From positions 2,912,001 through 2,976,000 of the forward strand of contig OY760175.1 in the NCBI GenBank assembly GCA_963663165.1: a stretch of 64,000 nucleotides of DNA, read 5' to 3'. Under the pieces are notes generated by a model. That model searched no databases. It was not told the origin of the DNA and was given only the letters and a program-made list of their open reading frames with translations. Made by a program: the position numbers and the translations under genes. Below are positions 28,956-38,379 of this stretch, piece by piece. Origin of the DNA: an uncultured Desulfospira sp. (GTDB lineage Bacteria > Desulfobacterota > Desulfobacteria > Desulfobacterales > Desulfobacteraceae). Within the stretch, counting starts at the first letter, position 1. Every line of letters begins with the position of its first letter.

Positions 28956-30614
28956 ATGAATCTGCGCACCTGTGTCCATCCTGAAGGCCGGTTCATTGTC
29001 GGCCGCCACTCACCGGGTTTTAAAGTTAAAAACTTAAGGGAAAACGATTACCTGGAAGCTTTAGGATCCCTGGAAGACCGGACAGCTGTGGACAACCGGG
29101 CTAATTTCCCCATGGGCGACGTCCATGAACCCGGGGCAGACCTGATTTATGAGATCGCCAATCCGTTTCCCTTCAGGGGGGCCACCTTTATCAACTCGGC
29201 CTGGGCTGATCCCAAGGCCGGCAGGCCGGACACCATCGGGCTTGCCAAACCGGCCCGTTGCTCCCTGTTCAAGGCTCTGGAACAGTGGGACCCTGAACTG
29301 CCCCGGCCGGAAAAAATCAAATTTTTAGAGGCCCTGCCCCGGCCCTTGCGCCTGGCCCTGGCCCAGGCGTCTACGGATCCCGATGAACTGGCCGCCATGG
29401 CCGGCCTTTGCTGCGCCATCCAGTTTGATCCGGAGTCTAACGCACCGGTGGGATTAGGTTATAAAAAACACCCCACCGGACATGAAGTTCCCGATATCCG
29501 GGACCATGAGGTGTTTGAAGTCCTGGTCAATAACCCTCATCTGCCGGATCCTTATAAAAATGCCATGGTCCTCAAACCGGGGATCCAGGGCAAAAGCGAG
29601 ATCATTGGGGAGTATCTGTCGGAAGATAAGTCCACCCACGTGTTTGAGTACCTGAGAAGGAACTCATACATTCCCTGGGGCCACTTTGCCGCCAACATGG
29701 CCAACGACGCCATCCGGTACCGGGCAGCCGACTTAAGCCCTCAGGACATGACCGGGCTGCGCCATCTGTATTACCAGCGAATTTACGTCAGGGTTGCCCA
29801 AGAACTTTGCCTGCCGCTGCCTGGAAATCGCGGATGTCTGTCCCCCCAGGCCCTGGAAGTTCTGCGGACCGCCCTGGTTGCGGCCATCCAGAAAAACCCC
29901 GGCACCCCTCTGGGGTTTAATGCATCCCTGTGGGGATGGAATTACGGATTTGGAGCGGCCCAGTCCGGCCACAGGCTTCATGCCTCCCACCAGATGATCC
30001 ACCAGCAGAACGCCATGATCCCGGCCCGGATTCCCGATACCACAGGACAAACAGATTCCCCCTGTTTTGCCGCCGGAGACCTGGTCGCTGATTTTATCAC
30101 AGCATATGAGAAAGCCCACGGGGTTAATTTCTTTGACGCCTATATCAAGGCGATTCAGACCAATGAGCGGACCGACCAGCGGCCAACCGGCAGCGCTTCC
30201 CTGGTTGTCCACGAAGATGAGAATGTGATTCTGTTTGCCCCCAAGGCCCAGGTCAGCGAATGGGAGCTTCAGCTCATGGCCAAAACGCCCTGCGCCCACA
30301 TTCTGGAAGCGGACACGGCCATGCGGCAATCCCTTGATACGGGGATTTACATGGCCATACAGGCCTTGGAAGGGCTTGGGGCCACCATGGTCACGTCCAT
30401 AGAGCTGTCCGGCCGGCTGGACCGCTTTAATTCAGGCCAGCACCTGGTTTACGCCTTTATCCCAAGGCTTCCCTATGCGCCGGGCACCTTTTCCGAAGCC
30501 CAACTCAGGTTTATCAGCGGCTGTTTTCCCGAAGACTTTGCCCACGGTTGCCGGAAAAAACTCACCACTATTTTCAGGGCGGGTTCAGTACCTGCCCAAA
30601 GCGAGGGACCATGA
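28956..30614 (+). CDS. Hypothetical protein with GalT/HIT-like C-terminal region
   Basis: ASHQMIHQQ resembles GalT ASxxHxHxQ; VVHEDENVILFAPK and PEDFA match the GalT C-terminal pattern. Confidence 0.6.
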   Translation: MNLRTCVHPEGRFIVGRHSPGFKVKNLRENDYLEALGSLEDRTAVDNRANFPMGDVHEPGADLIYEIANPFPFRGATFINSAWADPKAGRPDTIGLAKPARCSLFKALEQWDPELPRPEKIKFLEALPRPLRLALAQASTDPDELAAMAGLCCAIQFDPESNAPVGLGYKKHPTGHEVPDIRDHEVFEVLVNNPHLPDPYKNAMVLKPGIQGKSEIIGEYLSEDKSTHVFEYLRRNSYIPWGHFAANMANDAIRYRAADLSPQDMTGLRHLYYQRIYVRVAQELCLPLPGNRGCLSPQALEVLRTALVAAIQKNPGTPLGFNASLWGWNYGFGAAQSGHRLHASHQMIHQQNAMIPARIPDTTGQTDSPCFAAGDLVADFITAYEKAHGVNFFDAYIKAIQTNERTDQRPTGSASLVVHEDENVILFAPKAQVSEWELQLMAKTPCAHILEADTAMRQSLDTGIYMAIQALEGLGATMVTSIELSGRLDRFNSGQHLVYAFIPRLPYAPGTFSEAQLRFISGCFPEDFAHGCRKKLTTIFRAGSVPAQSEGP

Positions 30615-31036
30615 TTCTCCACGATATCACCTATGAATGGGACGGAAAAACCCACACCGGCAAAAAACCCATTACCTGGTGGCCCGGGGCCTACCGGGTC
30701 AGAATCGTCCGGCTGGGAACCGACACGGGGAACGTCAGCTTTCTGACCCCGTTTGCCGTCATCTGCAAGGGCATCCCCAAAAAAGAGGTCCTGAATACGT
30801 CCTTAAGAAACTGTATTGAAAACTTCGCCAAAGCCATATCAAAAGAGTATCAGCTTGATATTGCCAAGGCCCTGTGGGTGGAATTAGGAGATCCGGTTAA
30901 AGTGGCCCTGTTCAAGAAAGGAGGGAATCTAACCGACGAAACCTTCTATACGGTCACCTGGCGCCCGGCCCGGCCCCCTGAACTGGCCATGATCGAACCC
31001 TATATTTCCGATATGAATCCGGCGGGACCACACTAA
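30611..31036 (+). CDS. Hypothetical protein
   Basis: ATGA overlap with the upstream stop suggests translational coupling. Confidence 0.7.
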   Translation: MILHDITYEWDGKTHTGKKPITWWPGAYRVRIVRLGTDTGNVSFLTPFAVICKGIPKKEVLNTSLRNCIENFAKAISKEYQLDIAKALWVELGDPVKVALFKKGGNLTDETFYTVTWRPARPPELAMIEPYISDMNPAGPH

Positions 31037-31200
31037 AAGCGATTGCCGTCTTTTTATCCCACCGCTATGCAATAGTAAGTAAAGTGGCCAGCCAGGAAAG
31101 ACCATTCAAGACATAGATCCCTTTGCACTCAAAGGATCAATAGCGACCCTTTTTCTAGGGAATTTTTTACATACCACTGTCGATTTCAAAAAACGACCAC

Positions 31201-31265
31201 ACTTGTACGAAATAGTGGACAAGTTTAAAATTAATCATTATACTTGTGCTATAAAAAGAACAAGT
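31201..31265. promoter_or_regulatory. Two ACTTGT-N12-ACAAGT palindromes, probable YefM-YoeB operators
   Basis: 31201-31224 and 31242-31265, just upstream of the antitoxin start. Confidence 0.7.
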
Positions 31266-31277
31266 TTGGAGAGCATT

Positions 31278-31532
31278 ATGAGAATTGTCAATTTTAGCGA
31301 AGCACGAAACAATTTAAAGACTGTTTTAAATCAAGTGGCAGACGATGCTGATTATACAATCATTACACGTCGTGATTCAGAGGACGCTGTAGTAATGTCA
31401 CTGGAAACTTTCAATAGTTTCATGGAGACTTTTTACCTTCTCAGGTCTCCTGCTAATGCGGCACATTTAACGAAATCTATCGAACAATTTAAAAATGGGA
31501 AGGTCCAGGAAAGAGACATAATAGATGGATAG
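31278..31532 (+). CDS. yefM: YefM/Phd antitoxin
   Basis: VNFSEARNNLK, IITRR, ETFYLLRSPANAAHL. Confidence 0.93.
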   Translation: MRIVNFSEARNNLKTVLNQVADDADYTIITRRDSEDAVVMSLETFNSFMETFYLLRSPANAAHLTKSIEQFKNGKVQERDIIDG

Positions 31533-31785
31533 AAAATTAGCCTGGACCGAAGAAGCATGGAAGGACTATATCTACTGGCAAACACAAGACAAAAAGACAC
31601 TGAAAAGAATTAACAAACTCATTAATGACACAATGAGGCAGCCATTTGAGGGCATAGGGAAACCAGAACCACTGAGAGAAAATCTGTCTGGGTTTTGGTC
31701 CCGAAGAATTGATGATACAAATCGTTTGGTTTACGCTGCCGATGATGAATATCTCACAATCATTTCATGCAGATATCAGTACTAA
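31525..31785 (+). CDS. yoeB: Txe/YoeB toxin
   Basis: AWKDYIYWQ, GIGKPEPL, WSRRIDDTNRLVY. Confidence 0.95.
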   Translation: MDRKLAWTEEAWKDYIYWQTQDKKTLKRINKLINDTMRQPFEGIGKPEPLRENLSGFWSRRIDDTNRLVYAADDEYLTIISCRYQY

Positions 31786-31931
31786 CGGCCACGGGCCGTC
31801 TTGGTTATCCAACCGAGAACCGCCCACAACGAATAATGAAACTGAAGATACCAGCAACGGTAGACTATAAATTGGGCACCGCAGGTGCTTCGCCCTCTTG
31901 CCTCTTGTTTCTTGTCTCCAGTTTCTTATAA
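31783..31931 (-). repeat. Family A long form
   Basis: Near-identical to 8710-8858 reversed; its terminal TAA is the yoeB stop codon. Confidence 0.92.
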
Positions 31932-31936
31932 AACCA

Positions 31937-32352
31937 TGGAATCGAACAAAACGGTGCAGGCACACCCGGGCAGGTGTTTCTTTGCGAGAGAGTCTGGAGA
32001 ATCTTTGAGGATAGGAAAGCAAATGACGGCAACAGCTGGTGCGGCCATCAGCAGCTTATGCTGTTAAAAGACTGCAAACGCGTATCGCAAAGGCTGCGAA
32101 AGCAGGAAGATCCGGGCGGGCCGTCCTCCAGTGGCTTCTGACCCACTCTTACCATGCAAAGCTGTTAGCTGTAAAACGTGTGACCTCCAATAAAGGAAAA
32201 CGCACTCCAGGTGTCGACAACGTCACCTGGAAAACCGCCAGGCAGAAATTCCAGGCGGCTTAGCCTTAGAAATGCTTGAGCCGCATGACGGGAAACTGTC
32301 ACGTACGGTTCTGAGCTAGCCTGGGGCAGTTAACTGCCTCAGGCTACCCGAT
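31937..32352 (+). mobile_element. Degenerate group II intron: RT N-terminal fragment plus domains V and VI
   Basis: VKRLQTRIAKA...LQWLLTHSYHAKLLAVKRVTSNKGKRTPGVD; DV GAGCCGCATGACGGGAAACTGTCACGTACGGTTC (32278-32311); DVI ending CCCGAT; 5' boundary uncertain. Confidence 0.9.
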
Positions 32353-32447
32353 TTTTAAAATCCAAACGATGCTGTCTTCTATATTGACATACTATTTTTT
32401 TGATATATATTTATTGATATATACTAACGGTTGGAGGGAAGGGAAAT

Positions 32448-32696
32448 ATGGATACAGCAAAATTATTTATCAATGGACGAAGCCAAGCATTAAGGCTACC
32501 TAAAGCTTATCGATTTGAAGGCGAAGAAGTTTATATTAAAAAAATTTCTCAAGGCGTTCTTTTAATACCAAAAAACAAAACGGCATGGGGTGTTTGGGAA
32601 AACAATTTGAAAAAATACGATAAGCCGTTTATGGCTGACAGGAATCAACCTGATTTACAGCAGGAAAGGGTTGGATTGAATGAATTATTTGATTGA
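32448..32696 (+). CDS. vapB: VapB antitoxin (AbrB fold)
   Basis: [20 protein letters not shown]. Confidence 0.93.
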   Translation: MDTAKLFINGRSQALRLPKAYRFEGEEVYIKKISQGVLLIPKNKTAWGVWENNLKKYDKPFMADRNQPDLQQERVGLNELFD

Positions 32697-33084
32697 TACA
32701 AATATTTGTATTTATATAATAAACAGACACCCACCTGGGGTTATTCAAAGGTTTAAGAATTATGAAATTGGTCAAATAGCTATATCCTCTATTACTGTCT
32801 CAGAGCTTAACTACGGTGTTGCCAAAAGCCAAAATAAAAAACAAAATGCAAAACGACTTGAAGAATTTCTCACTCCATTCAACATATTGCCTTATGATGA
32901 AGTTGCATCAAGATACTATGGAATAATCCGCTCAGAACTTGAAAGCCAAGGAAAAGTGATCGGACCGCTGGATATGCTTATAGCCGCCCATGCAATAAGT
33001 GAAAATTTGACATTAGTGACTAATAACGAAAAAAAATTTCAGAGAATTAAATCGTTAAAGGTCGAAAATTGGGCTGTTCAATAA
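32680..33084 (+). CDS. vapC: VapC PIN-domain toxin
   Basis: [25 protein letters not shown]. Confidence 0.95.
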   Translation: MNYLIDTNICIYIINRHPPGVIQRFKNYEIGQIAISSITVSELNYGVAKSQNKKQNAKRLEEFLTPFNILPYDEVASRYYGIIRSELESQGKVIGPLDMLIAAHAISENLTLVTNNEKKFQRIKSLKVENWAVQ

Positions 33085-33104
33085 TTCAAATCAATAAACA
33101 TAAC

Positions 33105-33256
33105 GTAACTATTCAGCTAATGCTGAAAACTAAGCGAAACCAGGGTCCGTAAGTGTTCATCAGTGCTTCATATTTGTTTGGCCTGGACTTCGCAGCATAC
33201 TTTTGCTATTTGGGAAGGTCTGAACGAGCGAAGATGGGGCACTGCTGAACAGTAAC
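33105..33256. mobile_element. MITE family C, second diverged copy
   Basis: Colinear with 26488-26639, same length; right TIR has one change. Confidence 0.88.
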
Positions 33257-33446
33257 AATTTAATTTAGGGGACGTATTGGGTTCTTGCTCCCCGGTCGGC
33301 TCAGCCCAATGACCTTTATTAAAAAAACAATAGGTTGGGGTGGGTTTGCTATTGTTTGGGGTTTATCCTTTTGCATTTTTAGCCGAAGCCCGGGGAAAAA
33401 GTGTCAATAAAACAACTAATTGACTCGGCACTCTTACGGATAACAA

Positions 33447-33748
33447 CGGGCTGGATGAGGATGCGCGTGAAAAACGCCCGTGCACCGATCACCCCGGCCG
33501 TTCTTGTGTGACATGAGGCCGCACTATTGGCTGTTTGGCAGGCCAGCCGGTCCTGAGCCAGCCCGGCATTTTCCTGCCTTCGCCTTAGGTGGCATGCGGT
33601 TCCCGATGCATCCGGCAACGGTGTAAAGCCCAACCGACAAAGGACCGAATTAACCCAACTGCAGAAAGGGCGGACGCCGTGAGGCGGATACCCTCCGGGA
33701 AGCCCCATTCCGGTTGAGGGCAAGGGGTTGGGGGACTTATCCCCTTTT
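33447..33748 (+). ncRNA. Candidate structured non-coding RNA, family not recognised
   Basis: Nested stems (CGGGCTGG/CCAGCCCG and others), GNRA-capped hairpins, upstream TTGACT, terminal GGGG/CCCC-TTTT hairpin. Confidence 0.5.
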
Positions 33749-33838
33749 CGGATTTCTTCTTTGTACTGGCCTTTTTTCCGTCAAACTGGTATTAAAAAAC
33801 ACAACCCAATTCAGCCAACCCTTTCAGGACATACAACA

Positions 33839-34780
33839 ATGACAGAAGATTTAAAAGTGTTCTCCGGCGGGTCCAATCAGGACCTGGCCCTGGAAATCTG
33901 CCGCCACATCGGCATCCCCTTAAGCCCCTTGAAAACCTCCCGGTTCTCCAACGACAATTTGTTTGTCCAGGTTCAGGAAAGTGTCCGGGAAAAGGATGTA
34001 TTTGTGGTGCAGTCGTTGACCGCGCCGGTCAGCGACCATATCATGGAGTTGATGATTACCCTGGATGCCCTTCGCAGTGCATCGGCCAAGCGGATCACGG
34101 CGGTCATTCCCTATTATTCCTATGCCCGGTCCGACAAAAAGGACGCCCCGAGGATTTCCATTACCGCCCGCCTGGTGGCCGATCTGTTGAAAACTGCCGG
34201 GGCTGACCGGGTCCTGACCATGGACCTTCATGCCGATGCCGTGCATGGGTTTTTCAGCATTCCCGTGGACCATTTAACGGCCCTTCCCATCATCTGTGAT
34301 TATTTTGCCGCCCACCTGGACCTGTCAAAGGTGGTGGTGGTGGCAACGGACGCCGGCGGGGCCAAACGGGCCGGCCGGTTTGCCAAATACCTGAACACCT
34401 CCCTGGCCATTATTGACAAGCGGCGCATCAGTGATTCAAAGGTGCAGCAGGGACTGGTCGTGGGAAATGTGGCCGGGCTGGACGCCATTATTTTTGATGA
34501 TGAAATATCCACTGGCGGCACCCTGGTCAGCACCGTTGAAACCCTCAAACAGGCCGGCGTAGGCCGGGTATATGTGGGGGCAACCCATCCGGTGCTTTGC
34601 GGCCAGGCCGTGGCAAACCTCAGTGGTTCACCCGTATCTGAAATCGTGGTCACCAATACGGTCCACATCCCTGAGAGCAAGCAATTTGCTTTGTTAACGG
34701 CTTTATCTGTGGCCCCGCTGTTTGCCCGGGCGATTCAGCATATTCATACCGGAGAAAGCGTCAGCGCCCTGTTTAATTAG
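33839..34780 (+). CDS. prs: Ribose-phosphate pyrophosphokinase
   Basis: PYYSYARSDKK, MDLHA, DAGGAKRA, DDEISTGGT. Confidence 0.95.
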   Translation: MTEDLKVFSGGSNQDLALEICRHIGIPLSPLKTSRFSNDNLFVQVQESVREKDVFVVQSLTAPVSDHIMELMITLDALRSASAKRITAVIPYYSYARSDKKDAPRISITARLVADLLKTAGADRVLTMDLHADAVHGFFSIPVDHLTALPIICDYFAAHLDLSKVVVVATDAGGAKRAGRFAKYLNTSLAIIDKRRISDSKVQQGLVVGNVAGLDAIIFDDEISTGGTLVSTVETLKQAGVGRVYVGATHPVLCGQAVANLSGSPVSEIVVTNTVHIPESKQFALLTALSVAPLFARAIQHIHTGESVSALFN

Positions 34781-34910
34781 TGTTTGGACGGCTCGTTAGA
34801 GCTTCAGCTCACGAACTCACCCATCTGTTTTCAGGACTCACCCCCCATGAAGAGCAGAAAGAATTCTAACTGAGGATTTTAAACCCTTACAAGCGTCATC
34901 AAGGGAACGT

Positions 34911-34980
34911 CCTGAGAAGACATTCAATATATGTTGTGGGCGGTGCTTGGTTGGATAACCAAGGCGGCCCGTGGCCGTTA
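34911..34980 (+). repeat. Family A partial copy
   Basis: Core intact, left module truncated or diverged. Confidence 0.85.
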
Positions 34981-34994
34981 TATCTTAAAACTCA

Positions 34995-35435
34995 TTAATG
35001 TTCTACGCCAATGGGTGTAAGGCCGGTTGAAGCGGCAAGTGACAACTGGCGGGCATCATTCGAAAAAAAAGAATCGGCTCTTAAAGTGCAGGCTGTGGCC
35101 ACATGAATAATGTCTAAAGACCGTGACCCGATTTTGTCTGAAAAAGTTCCGGAAAGATCAATGGCCTTGCGGAACACATCTGTCCAGTCCACAACCGGCC
35201 GGTGATAAACAAATTCGTCTTCATGATGCCGTATAAGTGATGTGATTTTTCTGAACTGCTCTAAAGTCAGTTCATTTCTGAACTTTTTTAACTGCAAGGC
35301 ATTTGTAATCTCAATTTCGTGAAAAAGGGTAAGCGGAATGGACAAATCAAATTTTCTGGCCTTTTTTGCGATCAGTTCCGAGTCCGCCTCCTTGACATAA
35401 AGTTTTATGATGACACTGGTATCCCAATAAATCAT
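34995..35435 (-). CDS. VapC-like PIN-domain toxin
   Basis: YWDTSVIIKLY, RSLDIIHVATA, SNDARQ. Confidence 0.9.
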   Translation of the reverse strand: MIYWDTSVIIKLYVKEADSELIAKKARKFDLSIPLTLFHEIEITNALQLKKFRNELTLEQFRKITSLIRHHEDEFVYHRPVVDWTDVFRKAIDLSGTFSDKIGSRSLDIIHVATACTLRADSFFSNDARQLSLAASTGLTPIGVEH

Positions 35436-35665
35436 AGCAACCTTTCATCCCGGTCTTCTACAATGATATCGCTTATGGGTTTGCCTTTCAGGTCTACAGC
35501 ATCTTTCATGAAATCGGGCCAGTTGATCCGGGTTTGAGGCCCCGCTGCTATAAATTTGCCCACAACCTTTCCATGTTTTGTCACAAGGATTTCTTCTCCG
35601 GCCTCTATCCGCTGAAGCACCCGTGAAAAATTTTTCTGGATTTCTCCCACACTGGCCATCTTCAT
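35432..35665 (-). CDS. Phd/YefM-family antitoxin
   Basis: NFSRVLQRIEAGEEILVTKHGKVV; ATGA overlap with the toxin. Confidence 0.9.
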   Translation of the reverse strand: MKMASVGEIQKNFSRVLQRIEAGEEILVTKHGKVVGKFIAAGPQTRINWPDFMKDAVDLKGKPISDIIVEDRDERLL

Positions 35666-35684
35666 TATTTTCTCCCCCCCATAA

Positions 35685-35707
35685 TTTACGCATATTCTAT
35701 GCGTAAA
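35685..35707. promoter_or_regulatory. Perfect inverted repeat, probable TA operator
   Basis: TTTACGCATA-TTC-TATGCGTAAA upstream of the antitoxin. Confidence 0.7.
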
Positions 35708-35807
35708 CTTTATCGAGGTCAATGTTTTTCAGCTCGACCGGCCAGGCTCGTTTGTTTTCTAAAAGTTTAACCCGGACTCAAACAGCAATGTACAGATCCG
35801 GATATAA

Positions 35808-35900
35808 ACTAACTTTTATTGATAATTATTTTTTATATGGATAAAAAAAGTTTTTTGGACTTTCTTTTAGGGGTTTTCCATGCCTGACGCATTATAAATT
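35808..35900 (+). promoter_or_regulatory. Fur-like box followed by putative ECF promoter motif
   Basis: TGATAATTATTTTTT segment homologous to the fecI upstream region (44593-44637), then TTTTAGGGGTTTTCCA...GCAT. Confidence 0.55.
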
Positions 35901-35917
35901 TACAGGAGGACACAAGG

Positions 35918-36130
35918 TTGCGTTGATCACGGGATGATCGCCTGGAATATGCTGCACACCGCCTGGTCCGGGCCGGTACGTCAGACTTCTCTGTCTGCCG
36001 GTATTAAACGCATAATCCAGGTTACAGTCCCAAAATTATCGTAACAGCGGCCTCTTAAAAAATGGAAAAGGACACCAACGAAACGATCACACTATCCGGG
36101 GAACCGGTTGCCCAAAGCCGGTCGTACAAT
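35918..36130 (+). pseudogene. Internally deleted fecR remnant
   Basis: Three blocks match the fecR start (45301), middle (~45637) and end (~46271-46362). Confidence 0.85.
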
Positions 36131-36187
36131 ATAAAGCACGGCCCCGGTAATGGTTGATCCGGAAAAACCAAAAAGGAAAGTTAAAAG

Positions 36188-38287
36188 ATGAACAAAACAA
36201 CTGTCAGGGTAAGCTTTTGCGCCACCATTATGCTATTGCTTTTATGTGCCGTACCCGTCTTGGCCGACCAGTCACCGGTTACGGTTCAATCCGGTACTGA
36301 AACCAAGGCGGAAAAAGATAAGGTGTATATGAAAATCGGGGACGTTACCGTCACCTCAAAAACCAGTTATGTGGCCTCTGCCGATGCCCCTGCATCAGTA
36401 GATGTTATCGGTTCCAGCGAAATTGAAATGGAAAATGTGGATTCCAGTATGGAATTGCTCAAAAAGGTGCCGGGGGCCTATTTTGGCGACTGGAACCAGG
36501 GGGGGCTTACCAGTTCATTTTCCCTGAGGGGGTATGATATCAACACGTCGGCTCCGGTGGCGCTGCTTATTGACGGCATTCCCGCATTTTACAGCAGCCG
36601 GAACATGATTGATATGGGGCCGATATTCCCCCTTGAAATCGATCAGATTGAGATGTTGAAAGGATCTTACGATCCCCGGTATGGCATCAACAATATTGCC
36701 GGCAGCGTGAATGTATATACCAAACGGGGCGGAGACTATACAAAGGCCCGTCTGCTTACGGGAAGTTATGACACCTACGACGGGCAGATAGCCGTTGGCA
36801 TCGAAGATGAAAATTTTTCCCAGAACTATTTTGCCGGGGCAAGGAGTTCGGACGGATACCGGGATCATTCCGAGACTGAAAGACAGGCCTTTTCCGGTAA
36901 ATGGTTTTATTCACTGGATGATCATAAAGGACAAATCGGGGCCATTGTCCGTTTTTTTAATATCACGGGAGATGCGCCCGGCTACCTTTCCCGGGATGAT
37001 GCCGACAACAATCCGACAAGCGCCGCCGCATACGCCCGCTCGGACGGCAGTGAACAGGAAAATAAGCAGGCCAGTCTCCATTTTGACTATGACTTTACCG
37101 AATCCCTTTACTGGTCTGTAAAAACCTATGCCCAGGAGATGGAGTGGGATAAGTTTTCACGCTGGAGCCTTACCGGGAGCCAAAGTGAAACCCTCATCAC
37201 CGAAAAACAATACGGTGCGGTTTCAACCTTAACCTTTGAGAAAAATTATCAAACCATTCAGCGCCTGAAAATTGACTGGGGGGTGGATTACCAGTACAGC
37301 GAGGCCACGGAACAGCGGTGGACAACCGTGGACAGGGTCCGGCAGGGCAGTGAATACCGGTATTTTGATTATGACATGCAGTATTGGGGCACCTTTGTCC
37401 AGGTGGACAGCGACATCAGGGACTGGCTGAGGATGTTCGCTGCCCTGCGTGTGGACAGTTTTGACGGAGATTGTATCAGCAAGGTCACCGGCAATGATTC
37501 CGACATGCTGGATCTTGATTTTATATGGCAGCCAAAGGTGGGGGCCGTGATCACCCCTTTCCAGGGGTATAATTTCTATGCCAACTGGGGCCGGACATTC
37601 CAGCTGCCCTCTACCCCGTACCGGTACGGGCAGGACACTTCCGGCAATCTTATATCAAGGGATCTGGCTGAATCTACAAATGACGGATGGGAAGTGGGGA
37701 TAAAAGCCTCTCCATTTGACTGGCTGTCCTTTCGGGCCGACGTATGGCAAATGGTCGCCAGCAATGAGGTCCGGAAAAAAGGCGACGGATCCGGGGACAG
37801 GATAAACGTGGGTAAAACCACAAGGGACGGCTGGGATGTTTCATTCAGTATCCGCCCCCATCCCTGGGTCTCCCTGTGGGGATCATACTCCCAGGTCAAA
37901 TCCGTGTACACGGATCCGGGAGAAGCGCTGGCGGCCGTTAAAGGAAAGGACATTGAACTGATCCCCAAAGAAACCGGAAAACTGGGCGTGGATTTTAATC
38001 ATCCCAAAGGCATCAGTAGCAGTATCTGGCTGGAACATCAGGGAGACTATTATGTGCTTGATGATGCCACAAATGAAAACGAACCCGTAGGCAACTACAC
38101 CGTTTTCAACTTTAAACTGGCCTATAAACTGGGACAGCTGACCAAAAAATTCAAAGACACCACCATTGGTTTTGAAGTCAAAAATTTATTTGATGAAGAT
38201 TACTATACCTATGTGTGGAACCTGGATAACGGATTTCAACCCGGCGATTCAAGAAGCTTTTATGTCTGGATGTCTGTGGAATTTTAA
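36188..38287 (+). CDS. TonB-dependent receptor lacking the N-terminal signalling domain
   Basis: Signal peptide, VTVT TonB box, plug IDQIEMLKG, C-terminal SVEF; paralog of 46423-48771. Confidence 0.95.
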   Translation: MNKTTVRVSFCATIMLLLLCAVPVLADQSPVTVQSGTETKAEKDKVYMKIGDVTVTSKTSYVASADAPASVDVIGSSEIEMENVDSSMELLKKVPGAYFGDWNQGGLTSSFSLRGYDINTSAPVALLIDGIPAFYSSRNMIDMGPIFPLEIDQIEMLKGSYDPRYGINNIAGSVNVYTKRGGDYTKARLLTGSYDTYDGQIAVGIEDENFSQNYFAGARSSDGYRDHSETERQAFSGKWFYSLDDHKGQIGAIVRFFNITGDAPGYLSRDDADNNPTSAAAYARSDGSEQENKQASLHFDYDFTESLYWSVKTYAQEMEWDKFSRWSLTGSQSETLITEKQYGAVSTLTFEKNYQTIQRLKIDWGVDYQYSEATEQRWTTVDRVRQGSEYRYFDYDMQYWGTFVQVDSDIRDWLRMFAALRVDSFDGDCISKVTGNDSDMLDLDFIWQPKVGAVITPFQGYNFYANWGRTFQLPSTPYRYGQDTSGNLISRDLAESTNDGWEVGIKASPFDWLSFRADVWQMVASNEVRKKGDGSGDRINVGKTTRDGWDVSFSIRPHPWVSLWGSYSQVKSVYTDPGEALAAVKGKDIELIPKETGKLGVDFNHPKGISSSIWLEHQGDYYVLDDATNENEPVGNYTVFNFKLAYKLGQLTKKFKDTTIGFEVKNLFDEDYYTYVWNLDNGFQPGDSRSFYVWMSVEF

Positions 38288-38297
38288 AAAGAAAAAA

Positions 38298-38352
38298 AGG
38301 GACCAAAATCACCTGAAGGGTTCCACTTGAACACCCTGGGATTTTGGTCCCT
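38298..38352. terminator. Intercistronic stem-loop
   Basis: AGGGACCAAAATC / GATTTTGGTCCCT; no U-tract on the + strand, so may stabilise mRNA rather than terminate. Confidence 0.55.
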
Positions 38353-38379
38353 GCACATATTTAACAGGGAATAAAAATA

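Noticed and set aside
32039..32263. RT fragment as a retron, DGR or defence RT
   Set aside because: Only the N-terminal domain is present, with no YxDD; adjacent DV/DVI identify a group II intron
33379..33723. 114-aa minus-strand ORF
   Set aside because: No recognisable motif; the region is better explained as structured RNA, although coding cannot be fully excluded
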